A stretch of DNA of 58,980 nucleotides, filler included, from Sphacelaria rigidula (lineage: Eukaryota): assembly GCA_964200075.2 (NCBI GenBank). It is 4 parts of 4 records of this genome, joined end to end, with 100 filler letters (N's around TTAATTAATTAA, not from the genome) between each part and the next. Parts side by side here need not be neighbours in the genome. Positions count along the whole stretch, not along the records: positions 14,773 to 29,442 come from CAXNAA020002105.1; positions 29,543 to 44,212 come from CAXNAA020002106.1; 2 more parts are not named here. The stretch is one strand, 5' to 3'. The notes beneath the pieces are model-generated. The model searched no databases, was not told the origin of the DNA, and saw only the letters and a list, made by a program, of their open reading frames with translations. Both the position numbers and the translations under genes were made by a program. This document shows, piece after piece, positions 26,380 to 37,915 of this stretch (its first letter is position 1; the number at the start of each line of letters is the position of its first letter).

Positions 26380-27597
26380 ATGTCTGCTTCAAGGACGAAC
26401 AGCCTCTCCGACATCTTCGGACATGAAGGGGACCACGAGAGCAACCGGGATGGAGACGATGGGCATCAACCAGCAGCACCGCCAGACGGGGACGCCACCG
26501 CCAATGCGGTAGCCGTAGATAACTTCGATGAAATATTCGGAGACAGCGACAGCGCTTCCAAGCCAAGGGGCAGCGGTGATTCGTCGGGCCTGCAAGGCGC
26601 ATCCTCGTCACCTAGGCCGGACACCGGCGCAGCAACCTCGCCTGATTTCGACGATATTTTCGGCGAATCCAATGCTTCTGTCACACCCGCTGGTTCCGGG
26701 GACCGAGAGGAAACCACGGGGTCGGCGGAGAGCAGCACTATTGCTGTTGACGGTGAGAAGGGTAAAGCTTCGGAATTGAGTGGAAACGGCACTCAGGAAT
26801 TTCTGGACTTCTTGTACGACGGCGACAGGACCGCTCAACAGGATGGCAGTGGCCGAGGCAAAGGAGACGCCGAGACCGAACGAACGGACTCCTCCAACAA
26901 ACCTGCGGACGAGCCTGTGGCAACTCCTACTGCGGCTGCGCCGGTGGCCGAACCAGCCTCGTCGCCGGGACTCGAATCCGTGTCACTCGCAAGCCCAGAC
27001 CAACCTACAGACCACAAGGCCTTACTCAAAAGTGAGCAGGACCCATCTGCTGCTCCTATCGTTGATGATGACAAGCAGGGGCAGCAGCAAGGAAAAGTAA
27101 CCCCGCCACTGCGCCCGCTGCCCGAGGACCCGCCGGTAGCACTCCGGGAGCTAGTATTCCCATCAACGCCAGCGACAGAGGTGCTTGAGCTCGTGGAGAC
27201 GGAGGATGTGGGGTACATTCGGCGGCTTTGCGTAGCCTCGGGAGGCTTCCTTCCCGCTGATCTTCGCTCGGGGGTGTGGGGCCTGTTGCTTGGAATAGGT
27301 CGGACACCCGACGATGCGGGATTCCGCAAGTGGCGTGAGGCGAACAGAGACGCTGGTGGTGGTGAGACAAGCGATGGCAGCAGCAAAAGCGTTAGCCCGC
27401 AATTAGATAGCCCGTTAGTATCTTCTGCGAAGGCTTCCACTGGCACCATCCCGAACAAACTGGACCTGCGCAATGATAGTATTGCGCTGGCACGACGACT
27501 GTGTGCGAGTGACGACGGCGACATTGCGGTTGCTGAGCCTGCCGGAATCGGCAATACCCGGACTGACACTGACGCTCTCGCGGTTGACATCGAAGAG
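26380..27597 (+). CDS. TBC1D23: First coding exon (406 codons) of a TBC (Rab-GAP fold) protein, TBC1D23-like, 3'-partial
   Basis: GFLPADLRSGVWGLLL ... LRNDSIAL ... LAVDIEE recalls the TBC1D23 N-terminus (PLPADLRAKVWKIAL ... LLLDIES, from memory). Long acidic N-terminal extension. GAG|GTGAGA donor. Confidence 0.75.
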
Positions 27598-27899
27598 GTG
27601 AGAGCAGTGTGCGCTGTGTCGAGGTGCTGCTGCCTTTGTTGAATTTGTGTTGTTTGTGACGCTATTTTGTTGCCGCTAGTTTTTTGTTCGGGCGAGAAGG
27701 TGGTGTCCCCCCTTGCCGATGGCTATATGGCGGTGAGCCGGTTGATGTCCAGTGCTGAACAATATTTCTCGCCTCGAGACCGCATGAGGGATTGCGACGC
27801 GCAGAATGGTTGACCCGAGTTTCAATCCATCTTGGAACGTTACATATCATCTCGGAACCTTACGTACGTATTCGAGGTTGAGAAGTGAGGATTTTGGCC

Positions 27900-29027
27900 C
27901 TGGCTGCTTTGGCCAGTTGAGTTTAAACTAGCCGCGCCAGCGGCCAGTATGTCGATGTTTTTCCAGTTTATCGGCTCGCGAGCGGCAAATGTCTCTCCCC
28001 AGCTGGTGAGGGGGCCCCGCGGGAGCGCCGCCGGAGGCGAGAAAATTGCGTGATTTGGCTTGTTTTTCCTTCAGAAACGTTGAAAATTGTAGAAAATATG
28101 ACACCTCACATTGAGGAACTAAACGTCTTGGATATGACATTCGTATCCGATTCAAAGCGGTGAGCGATAAATATATTATTCATCGGTAATATACAGCAGC
28201 AGACTCCCCGAAAGGAGAGGATGCAAACAAGCCAAGGCTGGCACCACGCAGAGACACGGTATGCTGAATAAAAAAAAATTGAAACCTTGATCGTTCGGGG
28301 GAGGAGAGGTTCGGGCGTTCTCGTAAGAAAATGTTCGCCAACACCACAACACGCCCTAAACCAGTGAAGAAAAGAAAAAAAACACTTCGTCTGGCTCACT
28401 ATGCCCCAGCGAGGTCCCACCCAAAATTTCAATACACAATAACCAAACGTGGGCCGGTAAGTGGCCTGCAAAATACTGATCCGAGTTTTCACCGACCCGG
28501 ATTTTAAACGGCCCATTCGCAATTTAATACTTTTGGAGTTGGAACCTCAATTATGGTACAGACAATTAATAGGGCATGATAGAAAAGTTATGCGCGGACC
28601 CGAATTTTTCTTGGTTTTTCATGAGGTAAAAGCCAATAATCAGTTTTCAGGTTTCAGTATAATGTCGCCAAGTCATGAAAAAAAAAAATTCCATGCACAT
28701 TTTTTTTCATTATACCATATTGACTGTCCATACCGAATTTCAGAGTCCAACCCCAATTATTAAATTGCGAATAAGCGTGCAAACTTCAAATCCGCTTCTA
28801 GGCTGGCCCAGCTCGTACCACGAGTGCTGTCTGTACTTATATTTCTATCAGGTGCAGGCCCCAATTCTAATGATATTTTGTTCGTAATAATCTAAGCATC
28901 TTTGTTATAAACTCATTGTACTAAAATTGGTATAAACACTGCCGGTAACAGCAAACTTCAAATAAAGTGGAGTCCTCATCACTTCCAGTTTAATCGGCAG
29001 TTCAAACTGGTCCAGTTCACAGCCCTA
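27900..29027. mobile_element. hAT-like TIR element (TAGGGCTGTGAACTGG family) in TBC intron
   Basis: Right end CCAGTTCACAGCCCTA. Left subterminal region homologous to 13768-13980 and 33149-33420; extreme left TIR missing. Confidence 0.6.
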
Positions 29028-29442
29028 GAAATTTGGGAATGGGCAGCTAAAGTGTGGTTGAATGAACCGTTTTGAGTGCGAAGCCTTGAATAGTTTCTGC
29101 AGCATTTCCCGTGTTGCAGTGAATGACTGGATCAAATGTTCCAAAACCGAAGACAGAAACGAGGGGGAAAATGGCCCAACACCCATTTCTTTGGACCGTT
29201 CCTTAACCCTTTTGGGACCGGGCCTCCAGAACGACCAAGTAGGCTGGTCAGGAATGACGTGTCTGGCGTCTGCACAAAACAGGGGCCTGTTGCTGAAAAT
29301 CCGCGTATGTAACCGCAGGGTTATGAAGAAGACCGAAAGTTTCATCCGAACTATTTTCAGGTGCAGGGTGTGCATAAGGTGGTGTACATCTGACGTGGCA
29401 AGCAGTATGAGTCGTGGCGAACAGCTAGCTTCCAACAGGATG

Positions 29443-29542
29443 NNNNNNNNNNNNNNNNNNNNNNNNNNNNNNNNNNNNNNNNNNNNTTAATTAATTAANN
29501 NNNNNNNNNNNNNNNNNNNNNNNNNNNNNNNNNNNNNNNNNN
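29443..29542. other. Artificial contig-joining spacer
   Basis: Identical 100-nt linker. Confidence 0.98.
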
Positions 29543-30391
29543 CGGTAGGGTATGAGATGTCCCAAATACCGGTACCGGGTACCTACCTTGCCTACGGTGC
29601 CTGTGAAATCATCGCAATGCGGCCGAGGTCTGCTGTTTGAAAGTGCTGCATACCGTACTGTCTGCACTTTTGTTGTTTGTACAACTGACTCTCTGTACGA
29701 TATCGCTGTACAGTATAATAGTTCACAGCATCTCAACGCATTGTTGTAGGGTTCTGTATTGTTCTCTTTGTATTGTACTGTACTCCACGCTGCTCAGAAC
29801 TATAGCACTACAGCACTAAAGTATCCTGTAGTGCGCCGTTGTGGATTGAAGTACTGCAGGTGCATTGAAAAAACGTACAGGGTGTGGTGCGTACAGTGCC
29901 GCCGTGTACGGTACAGTCAGTGTTGTGCTGGCCTACGCACTTCCGAAGTGGGCGCTGGTCGATCATACATTTGGCGGTGCAACCTGCGGCCAATCACTGC
30001 GACAGAACAAAATCACGTCAAGCCACGTCACATCAGCTTCCGCTATGAACTTTTTAACGTCCACTTTGGAGTTTCGAAGCTTCCACTCTGCACTTTGAAT
30101 CTATTATGAAAATAAATACATATCTTCCGATACTCTCTAATAACATGGGGGAATTTCCATCACCTCACCGTTTTTTACTGAAAATCCGTGTTTGGCCTGA
30201 TTTGGCCAAAAACAAAAGGGCGGCCAGCGGGAAATGCAAAGTTGCCCTGAAACGGTCTCAACGAGTAGAGCAAGTCAATCCAGGGCGTCAACGTCCACCG
30301 AGCCCTCTTTTCGGGCGTAAATCGACGGAGAAGGGTCCAAAAGGCAGTTTTAGACAGTAATTTTGAACGGCTCCCATTAGAGTTGGCCTTA

Positions 30392-31229
30392 AAGCGTGTC
30401 TCAGGGCGTGTCTTAGCACCTTTTTTTTTCTATTGGAAAAATTGCGATCGAAAAAAAAGTGTGTTATCTGATAGGCCCATCGCATTTATGTTCCTCGAAG
30501 GCTTCAACTCAAAATTGTAATTAGCGGCGCGCGGAAAAGAATGCAACGAGCGAAAAAAACATATTTTTTCGATCGAAAACATGCAGTCGAAAGACACGAA
30601 GCGGCACTTGACTCTTGTCTTACAGACCACCACGCAAATAACACCCGTTCACAGGGCCATGCAAGCTTCATCTAACTCATTCCCAGCTACCACCGCAACC
30701 CTGCAGCATAGAGCGCGAGTTGAGCACAGGGATAGATACACGAAAGTAGTTGGATAGTGCTTTGTTTATTTTTTGTTGACGAAAACTTGCGCATCTTATC
30801 TCATGGTAGTCATCAGGGACGGAGCTGCGCGCGGTACGGTGGGCAACCGAGTTGCGTGCACGCTCATGGACAATGCAGGCAGTACAAAGCTGCACGTTGC
30901 TGAAGTTATTTTCACGCCGCATTGTAAGCAGAGAGAACTGGTAGTCTTGGGCTGTCCGCACTGCACATCGTCCCCTTCCCCTTTTATCTTGTCCTCCGCG
31001 AAGCACGCACACAAGCACTCACGACACCCCACTTGCACGACTTGCAAGCAGTGCCAACAGTACAGACCACGTACGGTCTCACGAATTTCACTGCCTTTTA
31101 TCGATCGAAAGCTTGAAAATCCATCCGGACCCAACTGCATCAAAACGAGATTTTTTCACTTGACTCAATTTTACAGCTCGTTTTTTCGATCGAAAAAAAA
31201 GGGGCAAAGACACGCCCCAAGACACGCCC
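30392..31229. mobile_element. Non-autonomous Harbinger-like element
   Basis: TIRs with doubled GGGCGTGTCT/AGACACGCCC motif; TTA on both sides. Confidence 0.7.
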
Positions 31230-31232
31230 TTA

Positions 31233-31433
31233 GGACCTGTCTTAGCACATCGGTTTTCGATCGAAAAGGTGCGGTGCAACACAAAAATCCTGATCTGATA
31301 GGTTGGAATTTCAACCATAGTCGTTTATTTTGAAGATGGTTCACATCATGACCTATCAGATCAGGATTCTTGTTTTCCACCGCACTTTTTCGATCGAAAA
31401 CTCATGTGCTAAGGCAGGCCCTAAGACAGGCCC
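31233..31433. mobile_element. Hairpin MITE, Harbinger-like
   Basis: Near-palindromic with TTA on both sides; homologous to 51900-52087. Confidence 0.8.
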
Positions 31434-31800
31434 TTACGCCAAAAACAAAATGCAGCTCAAATGCCACGATACCCGCATACCGCATACAAGAATCATCCGT
31501 ACCTCATGTATCTTTATCTTTCGACGATTTAATACTGTATTTTATTCAGTACAAGTCAAGCGTTCGTACTTTGCTTGCAGATTTCTCCCCCGTGTTTGAA
31601 CGAACCATATGTCGGACGGATCACTTCCTATGGGATCCGGGTCATACAGCTCAAGTGTGAACAAACATGTGTTGTACCCGATTCGGGTGATACAGTTCAA
31701 CTATTGTAGTTATGGAACGGTCCTCGTGATCCGAATCTCATCGATCAAGAGGGAGGTATCTTGTGCAGGTCATAAGGATACGTAGGTTCTCCTTGACGTT

Positions 31801-31950
31801 TCATGTACGGATCACACGGGTCATACAGATCATCAGACAAAGATGTACCGATCGCACGGGTCATATAGATCATCAGACGAAGATGTACGGATCGCACAGT
31901 CATACAGATCATCATCAGCCAGACATGTACGGATCGCACGGGTCATACAG
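31801..31950 (+). repeat. 40-bp minisatellite, ~3.6 units
   Basis: Units start at 31805, 31845, 31885 and 31927 (GTACGGATCGCACGGGTCATACAGATCATCAGAC..GAT). Confidence 0.85.
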
Positions 31951-33148
31951 GGGATATACGTGTTAGCAGGTGAGGATTGTTGGATACAGCTCATTGTATA
32001 CTTCATTCGGATGCGCGACAGTGCACATCTTCGGAAAAAATATGCAGCCCTACCGTGGAACCACTCGGAATACAATATACGACGAGTGGGTACTTCATGT
32101 TCCATATCCCCGGGTTGCTACAGCCAAGGTCCGGACTTGTAAACACGTATTGCACCCGGGCCATACACGTTTACAGGTGACGGAGCTGAATACTGTTTTC
32201 TTGCATACTTGATCCGGATCTTGCATACTTGATCCGGATCTTACATGTGAGGGAAAGAGTTTCTTGTACACTGGATTCGGGTTCCACGAGTCAGGGGTAG
32301 CTTTTGGTGTACATGAGATTCGGATCGCACGGGTCGACGATAAGCTACTGCGCTTGCCTGACCCGAGTGACATAGATCATAACTATGTGATGTTGTACAG
32401 ATGACACGGGTCTGCAGATCAGTTGTACACGAAAGCGTTCGTGTGAACCGGGTCGTACAGCTCATCGTTCGGCAAACATGTACGGGTCAAACGGGTCCTA
32501 CGGATCAGCATTGGAGAAACGTGTACGGGTGACAGCTCACCTCGGACGGATTATAACCTATGCCCCAAACGAGCTGACCCGGATCTGTAACGAGCTGATC
32601 CGTCCGACGTGTGGAACGAACCAGCCTGATACTTGGCACAGAGGTAGACCACACCACAGACAGCATCATCCCGGATCGCCGGCACGTTTTACGTCGTGCG
32701 CCAGACGCGCGAAGCGAGTACGGATTTTTGGCAATGTCATCGACACGCCCACAAAACGGAGTCCCCTCGGCTCAGACTGTGTGAGACGTCAGTGGATGCA
32801 TATGTTGATACGCAGACGCGCTCACTTCCACATCATGACCTATTGGGTGGCTCCTGCCCCGGCAAACAAACATCGATCCGTATTGGGCACACTCTGGATG
32901 ATGTCATTCTACGCGGTACCTATCTTGGTATCGCCTGTAGAGGAGCTCACTTCAGAAAGCACGGCCGTGCAAGCGCCGTCAGTGCTTTTGCGCGCTGAAA
33001 CTTCGACCACATGTCATGTAGACTACAGACAACAACCTCATCTTGCTGGATATGGGGTTGCGGAGTGTGTGCATGCGTATTGGGGCGAAGAGGTGTCAGA
33101 TTAGTTTCCGTCTTTTTTTTTGGCGTAAGACTGGTGAACAATTATATG

Positions 33149-36100
33149 TAGGACTGTGAACTGGCAGCCCTGGCCAGTTGGGTTTCAACTGGCCGCGCCA
33201 GCGGCCAGTACATCGATGTGCGGCGGTTAACTGGAAAAATATCGACGGCGAGCGGTGAAGCCGCGAGTCCCAACTCCCCCCCCGGCTGGTGAGGGGGTCT
33301 CGCGGGAGCGCCGTCAGAGGCAAGAAAAGTTGCGGTGTTTGTCTTCTTTTTCATTAAAAATGTAGATAGTTTTAACAAATGTGACCCCTCACCACATGGA
33401 GGAGCTAGCCTAGAGTCTCAGGCCACTTTTCTCGTGTAAAACAGTCAAGGGCAATGGCCTAGAAAATGTATACCTTTTTGTTTTTTGCCCAAGAAAGGTA
33501 TGAAAAATGGCCCGAAAGGCGAAAACTGCAAAACGTCATTTGGACCGTTTTCGCTCCGAATTTTTCACGCACATCACTAGGGGGGGGGCTCGGCACCCGG
33601 ACCTCGAGAATTAAACGGGAAAACGACATGTTACGAGCTGAGCCAGCTGACGATGATTTGTGAATGTATCCGGGCCGGGCGGTGGGTAATCCGAAGCGTG
33701 GGGCGCGGAAATTTTATCACACCATTTTTATCATCACCACGCACAACCTTCCCGGGAATGCCAAGAAAACAAAAACAACAGAAAGTGAAAGCGATTCGAA
33801 GTTTCTGCAAAAACTAGAAAAATGCTAGAACTCCGTGAAAAAAAATTGAAAGACGGGGGCATCCCTAGTGTAATTGTGCGTCCTCGTGTGGAGGAGATCC
33901 TGGTGCAATTTCGGCCAAAAATTCCAGAAATTTGGCGCAGCATCCAACTTTTTGTGGGGCACGGCTGCGTTCCTTTAATGCAAGTGATGCATTTGACTCC
34001 AGATATGGAGGTCACGAGTTCGAATCCCGACGGATTCCTTTTTTTTGTTCCGTTGGTTAGATATTACATTATGCAGTACATTTTTTTTTTTTTCATTCAG
34101 CGGCGGTCCCGTGCGCTACCACGTTGGTCTGCAGGTCACACCGACATACTCAAGTCGGGCTGATTTGGTAAACTTGATAACTTATAGTGTGACATGTAAA
34201 TGCCGGATTTACTGCTGGTCCAGCTCGTACTCCCACTATGTAGCCACGCGAAAACGGACGTCCCACCTTCAGAAACCGCTTTTCTTTTCTAGGCCAAGAA
34301 ATCACCAGGTGCACCTGATTCAGGAGTTTTTTCAATCGTACCTTATCTGGGCCACCGATTGACCGAGAATGTACCTGTGCGAGGCCATCGCTTTCTACAC
34401 TGTACCCGATGCGGTACATCGCGTGCAAGGGAGTCTACGCGCGAAATCCAACCATGGCGCCCACACATTCGGCTCTTTCCCCGCTCATTTGCTGCTCACG
34501 GACGCCAAAACGACACGCCCCCTTTCCCTCGGAAATAGTTCCAGAGTCTCCCCGCATCGACACAATAACTGAACTCACAACTCACAACGCGTCGGTCTTC
34601 TGTGATGCCGGGGGTTGTGGAACACCGTACTGTTGCGATGTCGGGGCTGGTGTCAGGGTCAAGCTAAGCTCTTCGTCACCAGCGGGCGGTTGTCGCATCA
34701 TCGATGGTTGGTCCAAACAACGAATACAACAGTACAGGCCGTCACGCATATAGAATTAGGGGCAAAACAGTAATAGCGTTCAGCACGACGGCACGGAGTA
34801 ACGTGCGCCCAACGAAAACACTCGCGGAACACACCCATCACGTCTATCGGGGCCGTGCATAGCAATCACCAACGGCCAGCGAGAAGTTCGGGTTGTGTCC
34901 GCAGAAGATACTGTAGTGCTGAACGCTATTACTGTTCTGTCCCTATTTCTATATGCGTGACGGCCAGTGCAGTATCCGTTGATTGGGTCAACCATCGATT
35001 TACGATGCGACAACCGCCCGCTGGTGACGAAATAGCCTAGATTGACCCTGACATCCGCCCCGAGATCGCAACAGTACGGTGTTGCACAACCCCCCGCATC
35101 ACAGAAGATCGACGCGGGGAGACTCGGGAACCATTTCCGGGGAGAAGGGGACGTGGTCGTTGTGGCGTCCGTGAACGGCATATGAGCGGGAAAAGAGCCC
35201 AGTGTGTGGGCGCCATGCTTGGAGTTGGCGCGTAGACTCTCTTGCGCGCGATGTGCCGCATCAGGGACAGCGTAGAAAGCGATGACCTAGCACAGGTGCG
35301 TTCCCGGCCGATCGGTGGCCCAGATAAGGTACGATTGAAAATAATTCCTGAATTAGGTATACCTGGTAATTTTTTTTGTCTTGAAAGGAGAAGCGGTTTC
35401 TGGAGGCGAGGCGTCCGTTTTCGCGTGGCTATGTATCGCAAGTACTATTTTTTTCCCGCTTTTTCTCGAGGCTCGGGTGCCAAGCCCTCTCCCCCCCCGA
35501 GTAATGTGCGTGAAAAAATCGGAGCGAAAAACGGTCTGAAAGACCAACTTTTACGGCAACGAATCTCGATTTTGTTGAGACCCCGATTTTGGAAAAACTG
35601 GGGGGACTCAAATTCGTGAACTCAAAATCGGGGGGGCCGTTTTATGGCATAGATAGTATCGCGGATTTGTGAAACAGCTCTGTACGCAGACGGTCATTTT
35701 CTGCATGAGTATGGTACTGCATACTCGTGCATGAAACCGAAGAGCAGGCAGGCGGTGACTTATCCTTGGAGTACAGTGTTGCCCCTTGGTACCCTAGGGC
35801 GATACAGTGCAGGACACTTCATCGGTACAGTGCATGACGATGCCGTGTGGTGGTACATGATGGTACAGTCGGCACTACTGGAACAGTGAACAAACAGTGC
35901 GCGAGCAGAGTTTTGTAGTGTAGTTCCGCGCATCACCCCCCAAGTGCAGCGACAACAGACCAGGAGAGTACAGTAGCGTTCGTTATAGTGATACATAGGG
36001 CAGCGCAGCGCAGCGTAGCAAAAAATATTTCCATCGCCGCAGGCTACGGCGTCAGCACTTATTATCCACTTGTCAAACCCCGTGCGAAGCTGGTTCAGCA

Positions 36101-37915
36101 GCCGGCGCGGGCAGGCACGCCCTACGCTATCACGAGACTGTCTTCTGCTGCCGTTGCAAAAATATCAAACACCTCGTGCCCTACCATTGTACGTCAACGC
36201 ACGTACGCCACCTGAAAAAATCGGGGGGATTCACGATCTCGGAACGATTTCCTCCGATCTTTTCGAAACACCAGGGGAAACCGTTCCTAGATCGTGACTT
36301 CCCGATTTTTTTGCCCCCGATTCCAAATCGGTGTCCATACAATACGTTTCCCTTTTTTTTTCTCCCGATGCTCGAAAAATCGAGATTGATGACTGCGATA
36401 AAAGTCGGTCTAAATGGTGTGTTTTGCCGTTTTTGCGTTTTTGGCCATTTTTCGTACCTTTCATGGGCAAAAACCAAGAAGGTATAACTTTTCTAGGTCA
36501 TTGCCCAAAAATAAATCTTGTAGAAAAGTGCATTTTTGACCCTTCTCCGTCGATTTTCTCCCGAAAAGGGGGCTAGGCGGATGTTGACACCTTGGAATTA
36601 CTTGCTCTACTCGCTGAGACCGTTCCAGAACGCCTTTGCGTTATCGTTGTCGCCTTTGGCCGAACTTGTATTTTCAATAACAAACGGTCGAGTTAGTAAA
36701 ACAAAATGGTAGTTATTCCCCTGTCTTTTGATAGCTTGACCGTTCGTTATTGAAAGTACAAGTTTGGCCAAAAACGAAACTGTCACCTGCGGGAAACGCA
36801 AAGGTGTTCAGGAACCCGTCTCAGCGAGTAGAGCAAGTCATTACGAGGTGTCAGCATCCACCTAGCCCTCTTTTCGGGCGAAGAACGATGGAGAAGGGTA
36901 AAAATGCACGTTGCAACAAAATATATTTTTTATTACTCGAAGTACGAAATAAGTGGCCCACGATGACATTTGAACCCCGTTCAAAGCGGTGAGAAAAACC
37001 ATTTATCCATAGTATGCACCAGAAGAGATTCTCCTTGAGTAGCGGAGGATGGGAACAAGGAAGGCAAGGTTGGTACCACGTGGGGATAAGAGCGCAAAAT
37101 TATTGGCGTCTGAGCAAATAAACACGCATGTAGTTGAATAGCAAGCCATGGTGTATTGAGTATTTTGTGGTCGCGGGTTACCGTTTGATATTTTTGTTTT
37201 CGGGTGTACGATGAAACGACAAGCCTTGGCAGATGTTCACTATATCACTTCGACGTATGGTGAACATGTGCTGCATCGTGTTCAAAACGCTTTTCATAAT
37301 GTAGTCCGCATTGGGCAACTGGGAGTTGACGTTCGGCAGTTCCACATCAAGCGTCCCACCGTATTCTTGTCACAAATCCTTTTTATTTTTTCATTTTCCT
37401 CATTCGACGGACCAGCCGCTGACCTACACGCTACGGCCGAATAAACGAAAAAGTGCAGAACCACGAGGTACCAACGAAGCAGACGGGACAAAAAAACAAG
37501 GAAACACCTGAAGGAGTCAGCTTGTGAGTGGACCAGGGCAAACTCGTTCGTCATGTGGTATGGTGGTACCACAGAACGCCAGTCCTATGCTGTACAAATC
37601 GACCGAAACACGGAAGACGAGGCGTGAAGCTGTGCACCACTGCGTCACGCGTCATTTTGTTTCACGCGAACAATATTCAATATTCGTCGACGCCTCCGAA
37701 ACGCCCTCCGTCTCAATGGATACCCCATATTCCTCGGCAACTACTGAAGAGTGCTGGCCTCACCCCTACAATCAAATTGTACGTACATAATGGTGTAAGC
37801 ATCTTTGTTGTAAAGTCACCATACTAGCATTGGTATACAAATAGCCAGTAACGGCAAAGCTCAAATAAACTGGATAAAGTGGCGCCCTCGTCGCTAGTCC
37901 CAGTTTAACTCCAGC
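33149..37915. mobile_element. Same TIR family carrying multiple nested insertions
   Basis: Segments 33149-33420, 36960-37090 and 37795-37915 are collinear with 27900-29000. Confidence 0.6.
34237..35435. mobile_element. 1.2-kb foldback element with ~550-bp diverged inverted arms
   Basis: 34237-34790 aligns to the reverse complement of 34912-35435; short central spacer. Confidence 0.85.

Noticed and set aside
31801-31950. CRISPR-like array
   Set aside because: Tandem units have no unique spacers, there are no cas genes, and the context is eukaryotic.
37180-37450. Minus-strand coding-like remnant inside the nested element
   Set aside because: Frame-disrupted with no identifiable transposase motif.
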